64,000 nucleotides of DNA from Eledone cirrhosa. Taxonomy: Eukaryota. The notes under the pieces were generated by a model that had not been told where the DNA came from, made no database searches, and saw only the letters and a program-made list of their open reading frames with translations. Both the position numbers and the translations under genes were made by a program. The stretch spans positions 113,956,001-114,020,000 of the forward strand of contig OZ024743.1 of NCBI GenBank assembly GCA_964016885.1, written 5' to 3'. Shown here one piece after another: positions 40,501 to 52,319 of this stretch; the first letter of the stretch is position 1, and each line of letters starts with the position of its first letter.

Positions 40501-40755
40501 AACAACAACAAGTTCAATGACAACAAAAACAACAACAACATCAAGTTCAATGACAACAACAACATCAAGTCCAGTGACAACAACAACATCAAGTTCAGTG
40601 ACAACAACAACATCAAGTTCAATGACAACAAAAACAATAACATCAAGTTCAATGACAACAACAGAAACTTCAACGACAACAAAAACAACATCAAGTTCAG
40701 TGACAACAACAACAACAACCTCAAAGATAACATCAATGTTAATAACAACAAAACA
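37600..40755. repeat. 3.1-kb (ACA)-based satellite, unit GCAAYATCAATG(ACA)n of 18-27 bp
   Basis: Direct inspection; the unit shifts to ATCAAGT(T/C)CA(A/G)TG(ACA)n after about 40330. Confidence 0.95.
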
Positions 40756-41234
40756 AACTACTTGTTTATCAACACAATTGCGATGGAGTAAAATTTGATC
40801 ATAGATCTGTGTGATCAGGGTTGACCTGCCCTGGGCTTAATAACAACAACAATAACAAGAAAAACTACAAAGAGTAAATAATTATTAGAAAACGAGTTAA
40901 CAGGGGGATATTTATAGTCACTCAACCTGCTAGAAATAGCAGCTAAATATCCATCCAAATACACTCTTTACAGTTTTCAAAGGGAGCAACACATTGTATG
41001 GTATATTTCAAGGGTGTACCATGCATAATAAAAATATGGGGTGGTCGTAGTTGGAATATCTTTTATCATAGGGTCAGCCTAGTTAAGGCTGACCTGTGGT
41101 TCAACAACAACAGCAGTAACATTTGCAAACAGTGAGAACAGTAATATGAAAAATGAGTAAAATGAGCAGCTATCCCATCTCTGAAAGGGAAATAATCATT
41201 GTATTTTGTTTGGACTGGTGTATATAGCGAAGTG

Positions 41235-41915
41235 GTGGTGTGGTTTTGTAGTGTTGGTAGGTGGATACAACCATGTGTTGGTGTGGGTTACATGTGGTGT
41301 GGTTATGTAGTGTTGGTAGGTGGATATAGCCATGTGTTGGTGTGGGCTACATGTGGTGTGGTTATGTAGTGTTGGTAGGTGGATATAGCCATGTGTTGGC
41401 GTGGGCTACATGTGGTGTGGTTATGTAGTGTTGGTAGGTGTATATAACCATGTGTTGGTGTGGGCTACATGTGGTGTGGTTATGTAGTGTTGGTAGGTGT
41501 ATATAACCATGTGTTGGTGTGGGCTACATGTAGTGTGGTTATGTAGAGTTGGTAGGTGGATATAGCCATGCGTTGGTGTGGGCTGACTACATGTTGGTGT
41601 GGGCTACATGTGGTGTGGTTATGTAGTGTTGGTAGGTGTATATAGCCATGTGTTGATGTGAGCTACATGTGGTGTGGTTATGTAGAGTTGGTAGGTGTAT
41701 ATAGCCATGTGTTGGTGTGGGCTACATGTGGTGTGGTTATGTAGTGTTGGTAGGTGTATATAGCCATGTGTTGGTGTGGGCTACATGTGGTGTGGTTATG
41801 TAGTGTTGGTAGGTGTATATAGCCATGTGTTGGTGTGGGCTACATGTGGTGTGGTTATGTAGTGTTGGTAGGTGTATATAGCCATGTGTTGGCGTGGGCT
41901 ACATGTGGTGTGTAG
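41235..41915. repeat. 59-bp tandem repeat, about 11 copies
   Basis: TGTGGTGTGGTTATGTAGTGTTGGTAGGTGTATATAGCCATGTGTTGGTGTGGGCTACA. Confidence 0.93.
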
Positions 41916-42210
41916 ACATGGTAGGTGTAGATAGGCATGTGTTTGTATGGGCTGACTACATGTTGGTGTGGCCTAGATGTGGTTGTGTAGTCAGCCATTG
42001 AAGGCCACATGTAATGAGAAAGGTAGATAAGTAGGTAGACATGTAGGTATGTAGACAAGGTCATAGATATGTAGGTAGGTAGATAGATAGGTAGGTAGAC
42101 AGGTAAGTAGGTTGGTAGGTGGGTAGGTAGGTAGGTAGGTAGGTAGGTAGGTAGGTAGGTAGGTAGGAAAGTAAGGAATTTCTTCAGATTAGATAATAAG
42201 TATAACTTAC

Positions 42211-42507
42211 ACTCCACCTCCACCAATTGTGATCCAATAACATGAGGAGGTGATATATGAGTTCTAACCAACGGTGGCGTTGCTGATGACATCAGACAAG
42301 TGTATTTACCAGCATCACTGGCTGAGGTAATATTCATCTTTAACTGAAGTGTGCTTACATCAATTGCATGAGTGAATTGTTTGGGGATAGTTCTGCTGGT
42401 GTTGTGAGTGAAATACATCTGTGACACTTTGCCCAGACTCAGGCCAGAAATGGTACAGTTTAGAACCAGTGGTCTTCCAATAAACAAATAAGGGTTTTCT
42501 GGAGTAA
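42211..42507 (-). CDS. Cytokine-receptor-like gene, exon encoding an Ig-like domain (VTPENPYLFIGRPLVLNCTI...DAGKYTC...SQLVEVE)
   Basis: Acceptor ttttttccag and donor T|gtaag; 297 bp, phase 1-1. Ig motifs L-x-L-x-C and D-x-G-x-Y-x-C. N-glycosylation sequons NCT, NTS, NIT. Lies inside ORF 41855..42559. Confidence 0.9.
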
Positions 42508-45500
42508 CTGGAAAAAAAGAGAGAAACTTCAATAAATAATAAATAAATAATAACAACATAAATTGAAATATAGAATCATATCCTCATCAGCATTTTTAAC
42601 ATTGACTTTTCCATGCCAGCATGTATTGAACAAGTCTTTTTAAGGTAACAACCCAACTTCTCATGGGTATAAGCTGAAGTTGAAGCATATAGAAAATATG
42701 CCCCCACCCCCTCCCATTGCAAAGTGGTCGTAGAGGTGTTACAACAAAAAAGCACCCAGTCCACACTGTAAAGTGGCCGTGTAGACGCCACATGAAAAAA
42801 GCACCCAGTACTCACTATAAATGAGGTTGATGTTAGGAAGGGCATCCAGCCATAGACATCAAGCCAAAATCAGTCCCCGCATGAGCAAGACATGATCACC
42901 CGACCTGGCATTGCCCACAACAGGACAAGCTGTCTAACCCATGCTAGCATGAAAGAAAGGACGTAAAACGGTGATGAGGATTTACAGCTGGAGGGCCTTC
43001 CAGGCACTAATCCTTTTAATCACTTCTTGCAGGAATATGGTGCATGTATTCTAAACTGGGAAACAAAACCAAACAGTACCAAGAACCTTTGTTATGCCAC
43101 TGCTCATATTACATACCATTCTCTTAACCCTTATGAATACTGAAGAGCCTGAAACTGCCCTTGTTTCTGTGATAGAAAATTGTTTGTTTTTAAGTTTTTA
43201 TCCTCATTTTTATGTAGACTTTTCCATACTGACATGGTTTGGACAGGATTTTTGAGGCAATGTTTTACAGCCAGATGCCTTTCCAGACACCAACACATTC
43301 AGTCACTTTTAACAACATCCAGGATACAGTGCACCCTATTCTAAACCAGCCAATTATCTTTATATTTATCTAAGAACCTGTCATCGTAATTTTATCTAAG
43401 AATCTTTATAAAGTCAGATTACAAATGCCAGATTCAAATTGAGAAATTTCTTCTTCTTCTCACCCACTTAACCCTGAGAGGGTCGTGGGGGCAGAGTCCT
43501 CAACCTCAAACACTCCTTCCAAGGGGTCCTGTCAGAAGCAACCATCTCCAACTGATCCAGCTGGATCCCCAAGCGAGACCAGCCAAGCTCATGAGAAAGT
43601 TGGTTAGAATAATTTTGAAAATAATCAAGAATTTTGAGAGGACTTAGCGATTGATATAACTAACAATCTCATTATTGAGCTGATGTTTGGAACATAACTT
43701 AAAGGTTCGTACATAAAATTATGATGGGTTTTTAAATAAAGATAAATATCTTAAAACAAACATCTTCATATAGAATCCAAGAGCTGTTACAGGAGGTTAA
43801 GCACCAAAAGAAAAGAAATCACTAACATGCACATGCTCACACACACACAGGTATGACTGCAGTTAAGAAGTTCACTTCACAGCCACTCTTAGTTTAAGGT
43901 CTTGTCTCACTTTACAGCACATTAAACAAGAGCTTTCTACTATAGCATTGGATCAACTAATGCATTTTAGCAGATAAGTGTTGGTTGTTTGTTAAGGTGG
44001 TAAAGTTGTGTATTGGTGATTGTGTTGTAAAATATGGTTGCAAAATGATCAGGACAAACAATGAATTGAGACTAACAAGCTAACAAAAATGCTAATTTTA
44101 ATATTTTTATTTGTTTCATGGTATACAATGACACCATATATCAAAATATAACGTCTAAACCCATGCTAGAGTGGAAGATAGATGTTAAACGATGATGATG
44201 AACACAACCAGAATACAGAAAAAGTTTGATATAACAGAGGCCGGTTTCTCAACAAGTTGCTAAATGTAGTGTTTACCAATAAGAATATTTTGTGATGATG
44301 ATGTTGGAATTTGTGAGTAAATGTGTGAATGCAAAGATATTGGTAGATGTTGGTGAGTGGTTGGCTGTGACAGAGACTGTTACAACCAAAGTCACTTGTC
44401 CAGTGTCTGAGAGTGCACAGAAAACACACAACCAAACAGGACAGAGAAGGGGGTTTATAGTTATTTTAGCCTACATTTTGTAGATGCAACAATTTTGCTA
44501 CACATTGCGAGAGAATTCTGTAGATGCTAAAGAGGGTATCACTTGTTTGTGTCCTCTATAAATAATACATCCCACAACATAGTAGTTTGATGAAGATGAG
44601 CAGTATATACCGTACATAAACTAAAGGTTGGCTTAGCTGGTCACGCTTGGGGATCCAGTTGGCGATAGTTGCTTCTGATAGGACCTGCTGGAGGGAGTGT
44701 TTGACGACTCTGTCCCCACGACCCACTCAGGAATAAGTCGGCGAAGAAGAAGATCAGGAAAGGCATCAAACCATAGAAAAGCTACCTCAAAAATTTTGTT
44801 CAAACCATGTTAGCATGGAAAAACAGACATTGTATGTCTGTTTTCTATGCCTGCATGAGTTGGATGGGTTGTTATGGTCCACAACAAGACACAGCAGGAG
44901 ACTATTTCTTGCTTATTTCTACATTCTACCTTTGATATGGTTTCTACAGAGCTGGATGCTTTGCCTGACACCAACCAGTTTATACCACGCGAGTTGGAGT
45001 GGCTTTTCCAGTGCATCTCCCTTGCCGTCGTCCATTCTGTCTGCCGGGGCTGTGGGTGGGCCCCATCGCGTACCATTGTAGTTGTTGTAGAAGAAACACA
45101 GGAAGACAACAACTGGAAAGTTTGATTTTCTACTTTATCATTTACTTCTGCACTGAATAAGATATTGTCAATTTACTTTTCAATTTACATATCATTTTCA
45201 TTCATTTCATTTCATTTTACGTCTGCTTTTCCCTGCTTGCAAGGGTGGGACGGGAACTGATGCTGGCTTGATTTCTACAGCTGGATGCCCTTCCTAACAC
45301 CAACCTCATTTACAGTGAGTGCTGGGTGCTTTTTTGCCGTGGCACCTCCACGACCACTTTACAGTGGAATGATAGGGACCCCAGTCCCTATCATCTCATT
45401 TCTACAGCTGAGTAAACTGGAGCAATGTGAAAAAAAGTGTCTTGCTCAAGGAAACAACACATCACCCAGTCTAAGAATTGAACTCACAACCTTTCAATTG

Positions 45501-45829
45501 CAAGGCCAATGCTCTAACCACTAAGCCATGTGCCTCCATATCTATATTATTCCCTAGATTTCATAAATTTTCTCAATTTAAGTAGACTAATTCCATTTTA
45601 TTGTGGCACAAGCACTAATACTCTTCAGAGTGTACTTGTGGCATTTTATGGTTGTACCAGTACTACCACATTACAGAGTATATTAGGTGCATTTAACATG
45701 GCATTAGTACCACCACTTTATAGAGTGTACTTGGTTTATTATATAAGTTCAACATGTACTTCACTAGAAAGAACTTTACAACAGTGTAGCAGGCACAAGC
45801 TGGAAGTTGAGGATTGCAACTAAGTGCAC

Positions 45830-46305
45830 AATATCAGTTATATGGTTTGAGCATGGAATGGAAGACATCCTGTGAGATACAACCTTTCATGACAGTGAAA
45901 TGAAGATTCGCTTCCCAAAGAAAGCCACCATAAATGATATAGTATTGTTGACAAAAGACAAGAATGAAATGGTGAAAATCCTGTGCAGACCAAAAGAAGG
46001 CAAAAAGAAGTGAAGTATGAGATTGCAGGAGAGAGCATGCCAATGATTGCGGAGAAGTCTGTGAAGAGTCTAGGAATGTTGTACTATGGGTCGCTCTATG
46101 ATACAAGTGAGAGACCAAGAATCTAGAAGATGACCAATGATGGACTTTCAGTGATAGATAAAACATTACTACCAGACAATTTCAAGTTCTGGTGCATGCA
46201 GTTTGCTCTATACCCCAAACTGTAGTGGTCACTGATGTTGTATGAAGTCGCACTGACTATTGTCAAAACCATTGAGCAGATATGCAACATCCATATTCAC
46301 AAGTT
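45830..46305 (+). mobile_element. HERO-like (R2 superfamily) RT fragment, degraded
   Basis: Plus-strand translation EIAGESMPMIAEKSVKSLG and LPDNFKFWCMQFALYPKL*WSLMLYEVALTIVKTIE resembles HERO thumb-region motifs (recalled, not searched). Confidence 0.65.
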
Positions 46306-47257
46306 GCATGTACACTCGTGCAACACTGTAAGCATAAGCTTGCTCATTTTTATATTTTCATGTTATATTATTATAATACACATGTACACAAACAATTTAT
46401 AACTTAAATGTTTGGTAAACACACTTCTATGCTGAGTGTACTGCTGTACTCCATCTCTGAATGCAGGAGTCGATGTCTCCTCAATTGGTGAAGTAACTCT
46501 GTAGTTATTTCAGCCCCTTCCACCATGACACCAGAGCTACTTTTCAAGTCAGGTCTCTGCCTGCTACTGGTACCATGTGGCACAGGTTGCAATCTGTTCT
46601 GTGGTCAGGTGGTCGGCAACTAAACCAGTTCCCCTACCAGACCCTTGATTGGGAAGGTGGGTAAGTGGAAACCCAGCAGTACAAAAACAAGAGCAGTCAA
46701 AGGCATATGACCTCCAGAGTCAACAGCCATCCAACTCAACGAAGGGTTAAACAGCCTCACCAACCTGCAATTGGCCAAGCATGGTGAATACGGCTACATC
46801 CCCTGGAGAGGTTAAACTATATGACAATAACACGCGACTCTTGTTAGCTTGCTTTGGCTTGTCACTGGACACATAGCTGCGAGGATGGAGTGGGTGCCAT
46901 GTGTGTAGCACAAGCATGTATCATTGCCATCCTTATGTGCAGATATTTCTTCATAAGTTCCACAGAGGTGGAGGGGGAAGTTGCAAGGTGTTCAGATTTG
47001 ACCAGTTAGAAGCACATGGTCACAAATCTACTCAAGTCTTATCCTAATGTAGCTGCACTGTTAACCTGAAAAGCTATTTGATTTGGTGGAGTCTTGAGCA
47101 TTTGAACAGCATTTTATGGGGATGCACTGTTCACCCATACCACATGGGAAGGGTCTAGAAAAGGTGACATAAAGAAAGCCTGTTTAGTCATCAAACTGGT
47201 CAGCAGCCTGCAGTTGATGGTGGTTCATAATAGCAGAGAATTCATTGAAGAGGGATC

Positions 47258-47791
47258 AGATGCCGTTTACTTGAGAGGAGATTACATTGGTATGGTCATG
47301 TGATGCACATAAAAGACGACAGCTGTATAAAAAGGTGCACAGCAATCAAAATTGATGGAAGCTATGGAGTAGGTAGACCCAGAAAAACCTGGGATGACAT
47401 GTTAAAAACTGACCTTGCACATTTACATCTCTCTGGCATTACACAATAATACAGAAGACCCGCCTTCCATTACGTACAAAGTTAAGCCTACAGTCAGTAG
47501 GCACCTCTTAACCAAATATACACCCCAACCCACTATCCCTACTACATCCTCCCACTTCCACCCACACCACCCTTTCTCTGTAAAGTGATCGTGTAGGAGA
47601 CATAGTAAAAAGGCTCCCAGTCTACACTGTTAAATGTGGTTGGTGTTAGGAAGAGCATCCAGCTGTAGAAAACCTGCCAGATATAGTTCTATACGAGCGA
47701 GACACACTCACCCGACCAATCTTTCCTCGAGTGGGACAATCCCATCTAACCCATGCTAGCATGGAAGGTGGACGTTAAATGATGATGATGA
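47258..47791 (+). mobile_element. 3' fragment of RTE-like LINE family 2
   Basis: TGGTATGGTCATGTGATG...AAAGACGACAGCTGTATAAAAA...GGACGTTAAATGATGATG. Confidence 0.85.
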
Positions 47792-47796
47792 TATAT

Positions 47797-47977
47797 ATAA
47801 CGAAGGAGTTGTGGTAAGGAACCAGATTGACCATAACGCACCACTAGAGTAGTAGAGTGGGTTATAGGAAAAAGTATGACCCCAACGGCAGAGCTCAAGC
47901 CGTTTCGATGGCTATTTCTGGACTGAAGTAGCCGTCGAAACGGCTTGAGCTCTGCCGTCGGGATCATACTTTTTCCT
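47797..47977 (-). mobile_element. Second copy of the fold-back element (hairpin 47866-47977)
   Basis: Shares GAGCTCAAGCCGTTTCG / CGAAACGGCTTGAGCTC arms and the tail ACCCACTCTACTAC...ATCTGGTTCCTTACCACA with 8815-8990; longer loop TTTCTGGACTGAAG. Confidence 0.8.
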
Positions 47978-48206
47978 CTCTCTCTCTCTGTGCGTGTGTC
48001 TGTGTGTGTGCGTGTGCGTGTGTATGTGTCTGTGTATATATATATATATAACAATTCATGTATAAAAAAAGAACCTAACATATTTTGATATCATATTTTG
48101 CAGAAAAAAAAAATCCCTTTAAGGTTTACAACTCCTATTATCATCCTTATATCACCATGGTTATAAACCTTAAACTAATATAAAGAAAATAAAGTGAATA
48201 ACTTAC

Positions 48207-48288
48207 CACGACTGAAGGAGATACAATTGATCCATGGTAGTAGAAGTAAGAGCAAGCAACTAATGTGTTGTCTGCTAAAGTTATCCAT
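48207..48288 (-). CDS. Cytokine-receptor-like gene, first coding exon (signal peptide MDNFSRQHISCLLLLLLPWINCISFSR); the exon including 5' UTR spans 48207-48330
   Basis: Polypyrimidine tract plus acceptor tctctcttctttacag before 48330. In-frame TAA upstream of the ATG. Strong start context GCAATCATGG. Hydrophobic L6 core. Donor G|gtaagt, phase 1, matching the next exon. Confidence 0.85.
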
Positions 48289-48384
48289 GATTGCTAACAC
48301 TGTCTCCTCTGTTTAGAGAAACTTGCATGTCTGTAAAGAAGAGAGAGAGAAAGATTAGCCATTAATATTGATTTCTTATACTGG

Positions 48385-48720
48385 CATGTTAGACAGCCCC
48401 ACAAGTCCCTTAGTGTTAGACACCCCCACCAACCCTCCATAATGTCAGACACCTCCACCAACTCTTATGTTAGACAGCCCCACAAGTCCCATACTGTCAG
48501 ACATCCCCACCAACCCTTATAATGTTAGAAACCCCCACCAAGCCCCATAATTTTAGACAACCACACCAACCCTCATAATTTTAGACAACCCCACCAACCC
48601 TCATAATTTTAGACAACCACACCAACCCCACAATGTTAGACAGCCCCACCAACCCTCATAATGCTAGACAGCCCCACTAACCCCACAATGTTAGACAACC
48701 CCACCAACCCCCATAATTTT
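48385..48720. repeat. 28-30-bp tandem repeat just upstream of the first coding exon's acceptor
   Basis: AATGTTAGACAGCCCCACCAACCCTCAT-like unit, about 11 copies. Confidence 0.88.
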
Positions 48721-50139
48721 GTAAGAGACAGACATAAATCACTTGAAATAAACCTTAATATAAATGGGTCAACCCACATATTGTGAGTGAAATTGGGTTG
48801 ACAGAAACTGATTGGAAGCCTGCAAGATTGACTGTACTTGTAATTTAAAGGGCCAGCTTTATCACACACCCTGTCATACTGAATCTCTCAAAGAATTGTG
48901 TTAAAATTACACATGCCTGTGGAATGCTCAGTCACTTGCATGTCAATTTATAGAGAAGGCTATTCCATAGGTCAAACAACTAGAGTACTTATCTTCAAAA
49001 CTGATCCATTCTGTTTACACAAACAGACACTTCTATAGAACCCAACATAACACATTAACACAGACACACCTTCACAGAAGCCAACACTTTACATTAACAG
49101 ACAGATACCTTCACTACACACAAACTGATACACCCACACAGGCTTACTCTATACACAAACAAACACACTTATATTGGCCTCCACTAGACACAAACAAAGA
49201 CACATATTCACAACAATCAGGTGATAAAGATGATAATACTGACAAATCCCAATATATATTATTGCATAGAAAATATTATGTGAATATTATATAAATAATA
49301 TTCCATATAATAATATATAGAATACATTATCTATAATACTCTTTATACTGTATTATTATATATAATAGATTATATATAATCATCTATATATTGTTATATA
49401 CAATATATATATTAATATACATATATATATATATATATATATAAATAATACTCTTTATAATATTATATAGAATATATTATATATATACTACTCTATATAT
49501 TATATACAATACTCTAGATATAAGCATGTTTTAAGAAAAGAAAAAAAAAAAAAAAAAAAATCAATCCTCTGCACATTTTCTTCATAAATGGATTCTACTT
49601 TGAATATTTTTAATAAAGAATTGACTATAGATTATATATAAATATACATACGCTCGCACATATTTACATATATACACATCTGTGCACATACACACATATA
49701 CAAACATATGTATATGCATGCACATACAACACACATAAAAAGGCTTATTTGATGTTGTAAAAAGTAGCATAATGCATGCACATAGATAAATGAATCATAT
49801 AGGTGTGAATGTGTGCATATGTATGTGAAGGTGTATGGCTTAGTGGTTAGAGCGTCAGGAATACACTCATGAGGTTGAGAGTTTGATTCTCGGTCTGGGC
49901 TTTGTGTTGTGTTGTTGTGTTCTTGAGTTCACTCAGCTGTAGAAATGAGTTGCGACATCACCAGTGCCAAGCTGTATCGGCCATTGCCTTTCCCTTGGAG
50001 AGGGGGAGACTGGTATGCATGGGCGACTGCTGATCTTTCACAAACAACCTTGCCCGGACTTGTGCCTCGAAGGGGAACTTTCTAGGTTCAAATCCCATGG
50101 TCATTGATGACCGAAGGGGGTCTTATATACATGCATACA

Positions 50140-50412
50140 TAGAAAAGTCAGCTCAAAAGTGACACAGAGGAGACTGAGGTTAGCTGGACATGCTCACCGA
50201 CATCCAGAGTTGACATTGCACTCAGTGCTCCTGTGGGAGCCCCTACATGGACACACTAGAAGAGGAAGACCAAGGTTAACGTATGTTGATGCCCTAAGGA
50301 CAGACACTGGTCTGTTGGAGACGCAGGACATGGCAGCGATAATAAGGGACAGAGACTGCTGGAGAGAACTCGTCCATGGATCTCGGGAATTTTACCCGCC
50401 TTAGATAGATAC
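50140..50412 (+). mobile_element. 3' end of a third RTE-like LINE
   Basis: RRLRLAGHAHRHPE...LLWEPLHG..RRGRPRLTYVDAL is a typical RTE C-terminus. Confidence 0.8.
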
Positions 50413-50929
50413 ATACAATACATATAAATACTTCATTTTTGCATTCGTTCTACAAGATTTTTTAATGTGAAAACGTGTGTTGAAATAGATGGTGTATAAT
50501 AGAACAATGAGGAGATACAAAGTAACAACAGTAGTCATTGAACAGGCCACAATCTGTGACGAAAGAACCATCCATTTATTAACCCTTTAGCATTTACATT
50601 ACTCTATATTTACTATTATATTTTTATGGCAAAGGCTTTACCTCCCATGATTATCTCACATAATATCGAATCTATGAGATTTTGATATTTATTTTGAGAA
50701 CAATACCTTCACATAAATATGAGAAGTCGGTTACAGCTGGTTTGAACAGGAAGAGGCGAGAGAATTCTGGCCGGATACAACCAGTTTAAATGTTAAAGGG
50801 TTAAACTAACTGACAGAAAAATTAATTAACTATTTGACTAATAATAATAAATTGAAGTGAAATTCAACTAGTGCATGTGTTTTTATTGGCAGCATGACCC
50901 TCCCAAAGTATATATATATATATATATAT

Positions 50930-51627
50930 ATATTCATTAGTTAAGAAAAACAAGACCACAAATTTCACAAGGAAGACATTATTAAAAGATTGTCAACATA
51001 TTTAGTTTGATGTAAGGAATGTAGAGAATAATAATAATAATAATACCCGTTTACAATTGTTTCGCTACTCCGTATAATATTTCTGGATCAGATGACTATG
51101 TATCATAATTGATCTGGTTCAGTTGAAAATAATTAACATATTTAAAAAAACAGAGTGGCTCATCGGAACTCAAAGGAATATAAATTAAAATAATGTTACA
51201 TAATATAATGTTCCATATATTAGTTGTTACCCATAGGCAGATCTCACACAATGCAGCCTCAACAGATGAGTACTGCTTGATTATGGCTGACAGCTGATGA
51301 AACAAAGGCAGCATAGTAAAAACTAATATATGGAACATTATATTATGTAACATTATTTTAATTTATATTCCTTTGAGTTCCGATGAGCCACTCTGTTTTT
51401 TTAAATATGTTAATTATTTTCAACTGAACCAGATCAATTATGATACATAGTCATCTGATCCAGAAATATTATACGGAGTAGCGAAACAATTGTAAACGGG
51501 CATTATTATTATTAATATTATTATTATTATTATTCTCTACATTCCTTACATCAAACTAAATATGTTGACAATCTTTTAATAATGTCTTGTGAAATTTGTG
51601 GTCTTGTTTTGCTTAACTAATGAATAT
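50930..51627. repeat. Inverted repeat (about 300-bp arms, 50930-51225 and 51321-51627) carrying HHR-F in both arms
   Basis: Near-identical reverse-complement arms around a 95-bp spacer; the left end abuts (TA)n. Confidence 0.93.
51377..51497 (+). ncRNA. Hammerhead-like motif with variant core CCGATGA (HHR-F, right copy; mirror copy at 51049-51169 on minus)
   Basis: GTT-CCGATGA-GCCACTCTGT...ACGGAGTAGC-GAAAC-AATT-GTA-AAC. Stem II 9/10 pairs, palindromic ACAATTGT; stem I only 3 bp. Confidence 0.55.
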
Positions 51628-51807
51628 TTCCAGCTCTGCACACCTAACCTCTGCATGAACCCAGCCACCTAGCTGCTTTCTACTGCATATTGCACATTGA
51701 GCACATACCTTTACGCTTTGGCTTCTAACTAACTCACCAATCTTTCCTCTCATATCTCCTCTACTATCTCAATCTCTCTCTTTAAGATTGGTTACTCTTG
51801 AACTGTG

Positions 51808-51844
<37 letters not shown>

Positions 51845-52209
51845 ACACATATAAATACATTTATACATGTGTGTGTTTAAATATATGTATATATATATGC
51901 ATATAGATAGATATAAATAAATACATACACATGTGTGTGTGTATTGGTGTTAAGGAGGGCATCCAGCTATAGAAACTTAGCCAGAAACAGTTCTGTATGA
52001 GCAAGACACGATCACCTGACCCAACTTGCCTCTAATGCGACAACCCTTCTAACCCATGCTAGCATGGAAAATGGACACACACATGATATTTGTTTACTAA
52101 GGTCTATTGTACAAAGTAAAGAAAGAATCAATAATTGTGAAGTGTATCAACTCCTCTGGCCTAAAGTAACAGTAAAAAAATGAGGTTAAACTTTATATAC
52201 ATACACATA

Positions 52210-52309
52210 CAGGGTGTCTTAAAAAATGTATACACACTTCAACTGAATTCTGATAAAAATTACCTGCATAGGTAATCAAAGTGTGTATACATTTTTTAGG
52301 GATACCTTG
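52210..52309. mobile_element. Tc1/mariner-like MITE (about 30-bp TIR, TA TSD); a lone related TIR lies at 11728-11762
   Basis: TA|CAGGGTGTCTTAAAAAATGTATACACACTT ... AAGTGTGTATACATTTTTTAGGGATACCTTG|TA. Confidence 0.75.
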
Positions 52310-52319
52310 TAGGTATATA

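Noticed and set aside
37642-40798. 921-aa Thr-rich and 926-aa Leu-rich ORFs as protein-coding genes
   Set aside because: Pure triplet-phased satellite with no unique sequence, signal peptide or splice context; lies inside an intron.
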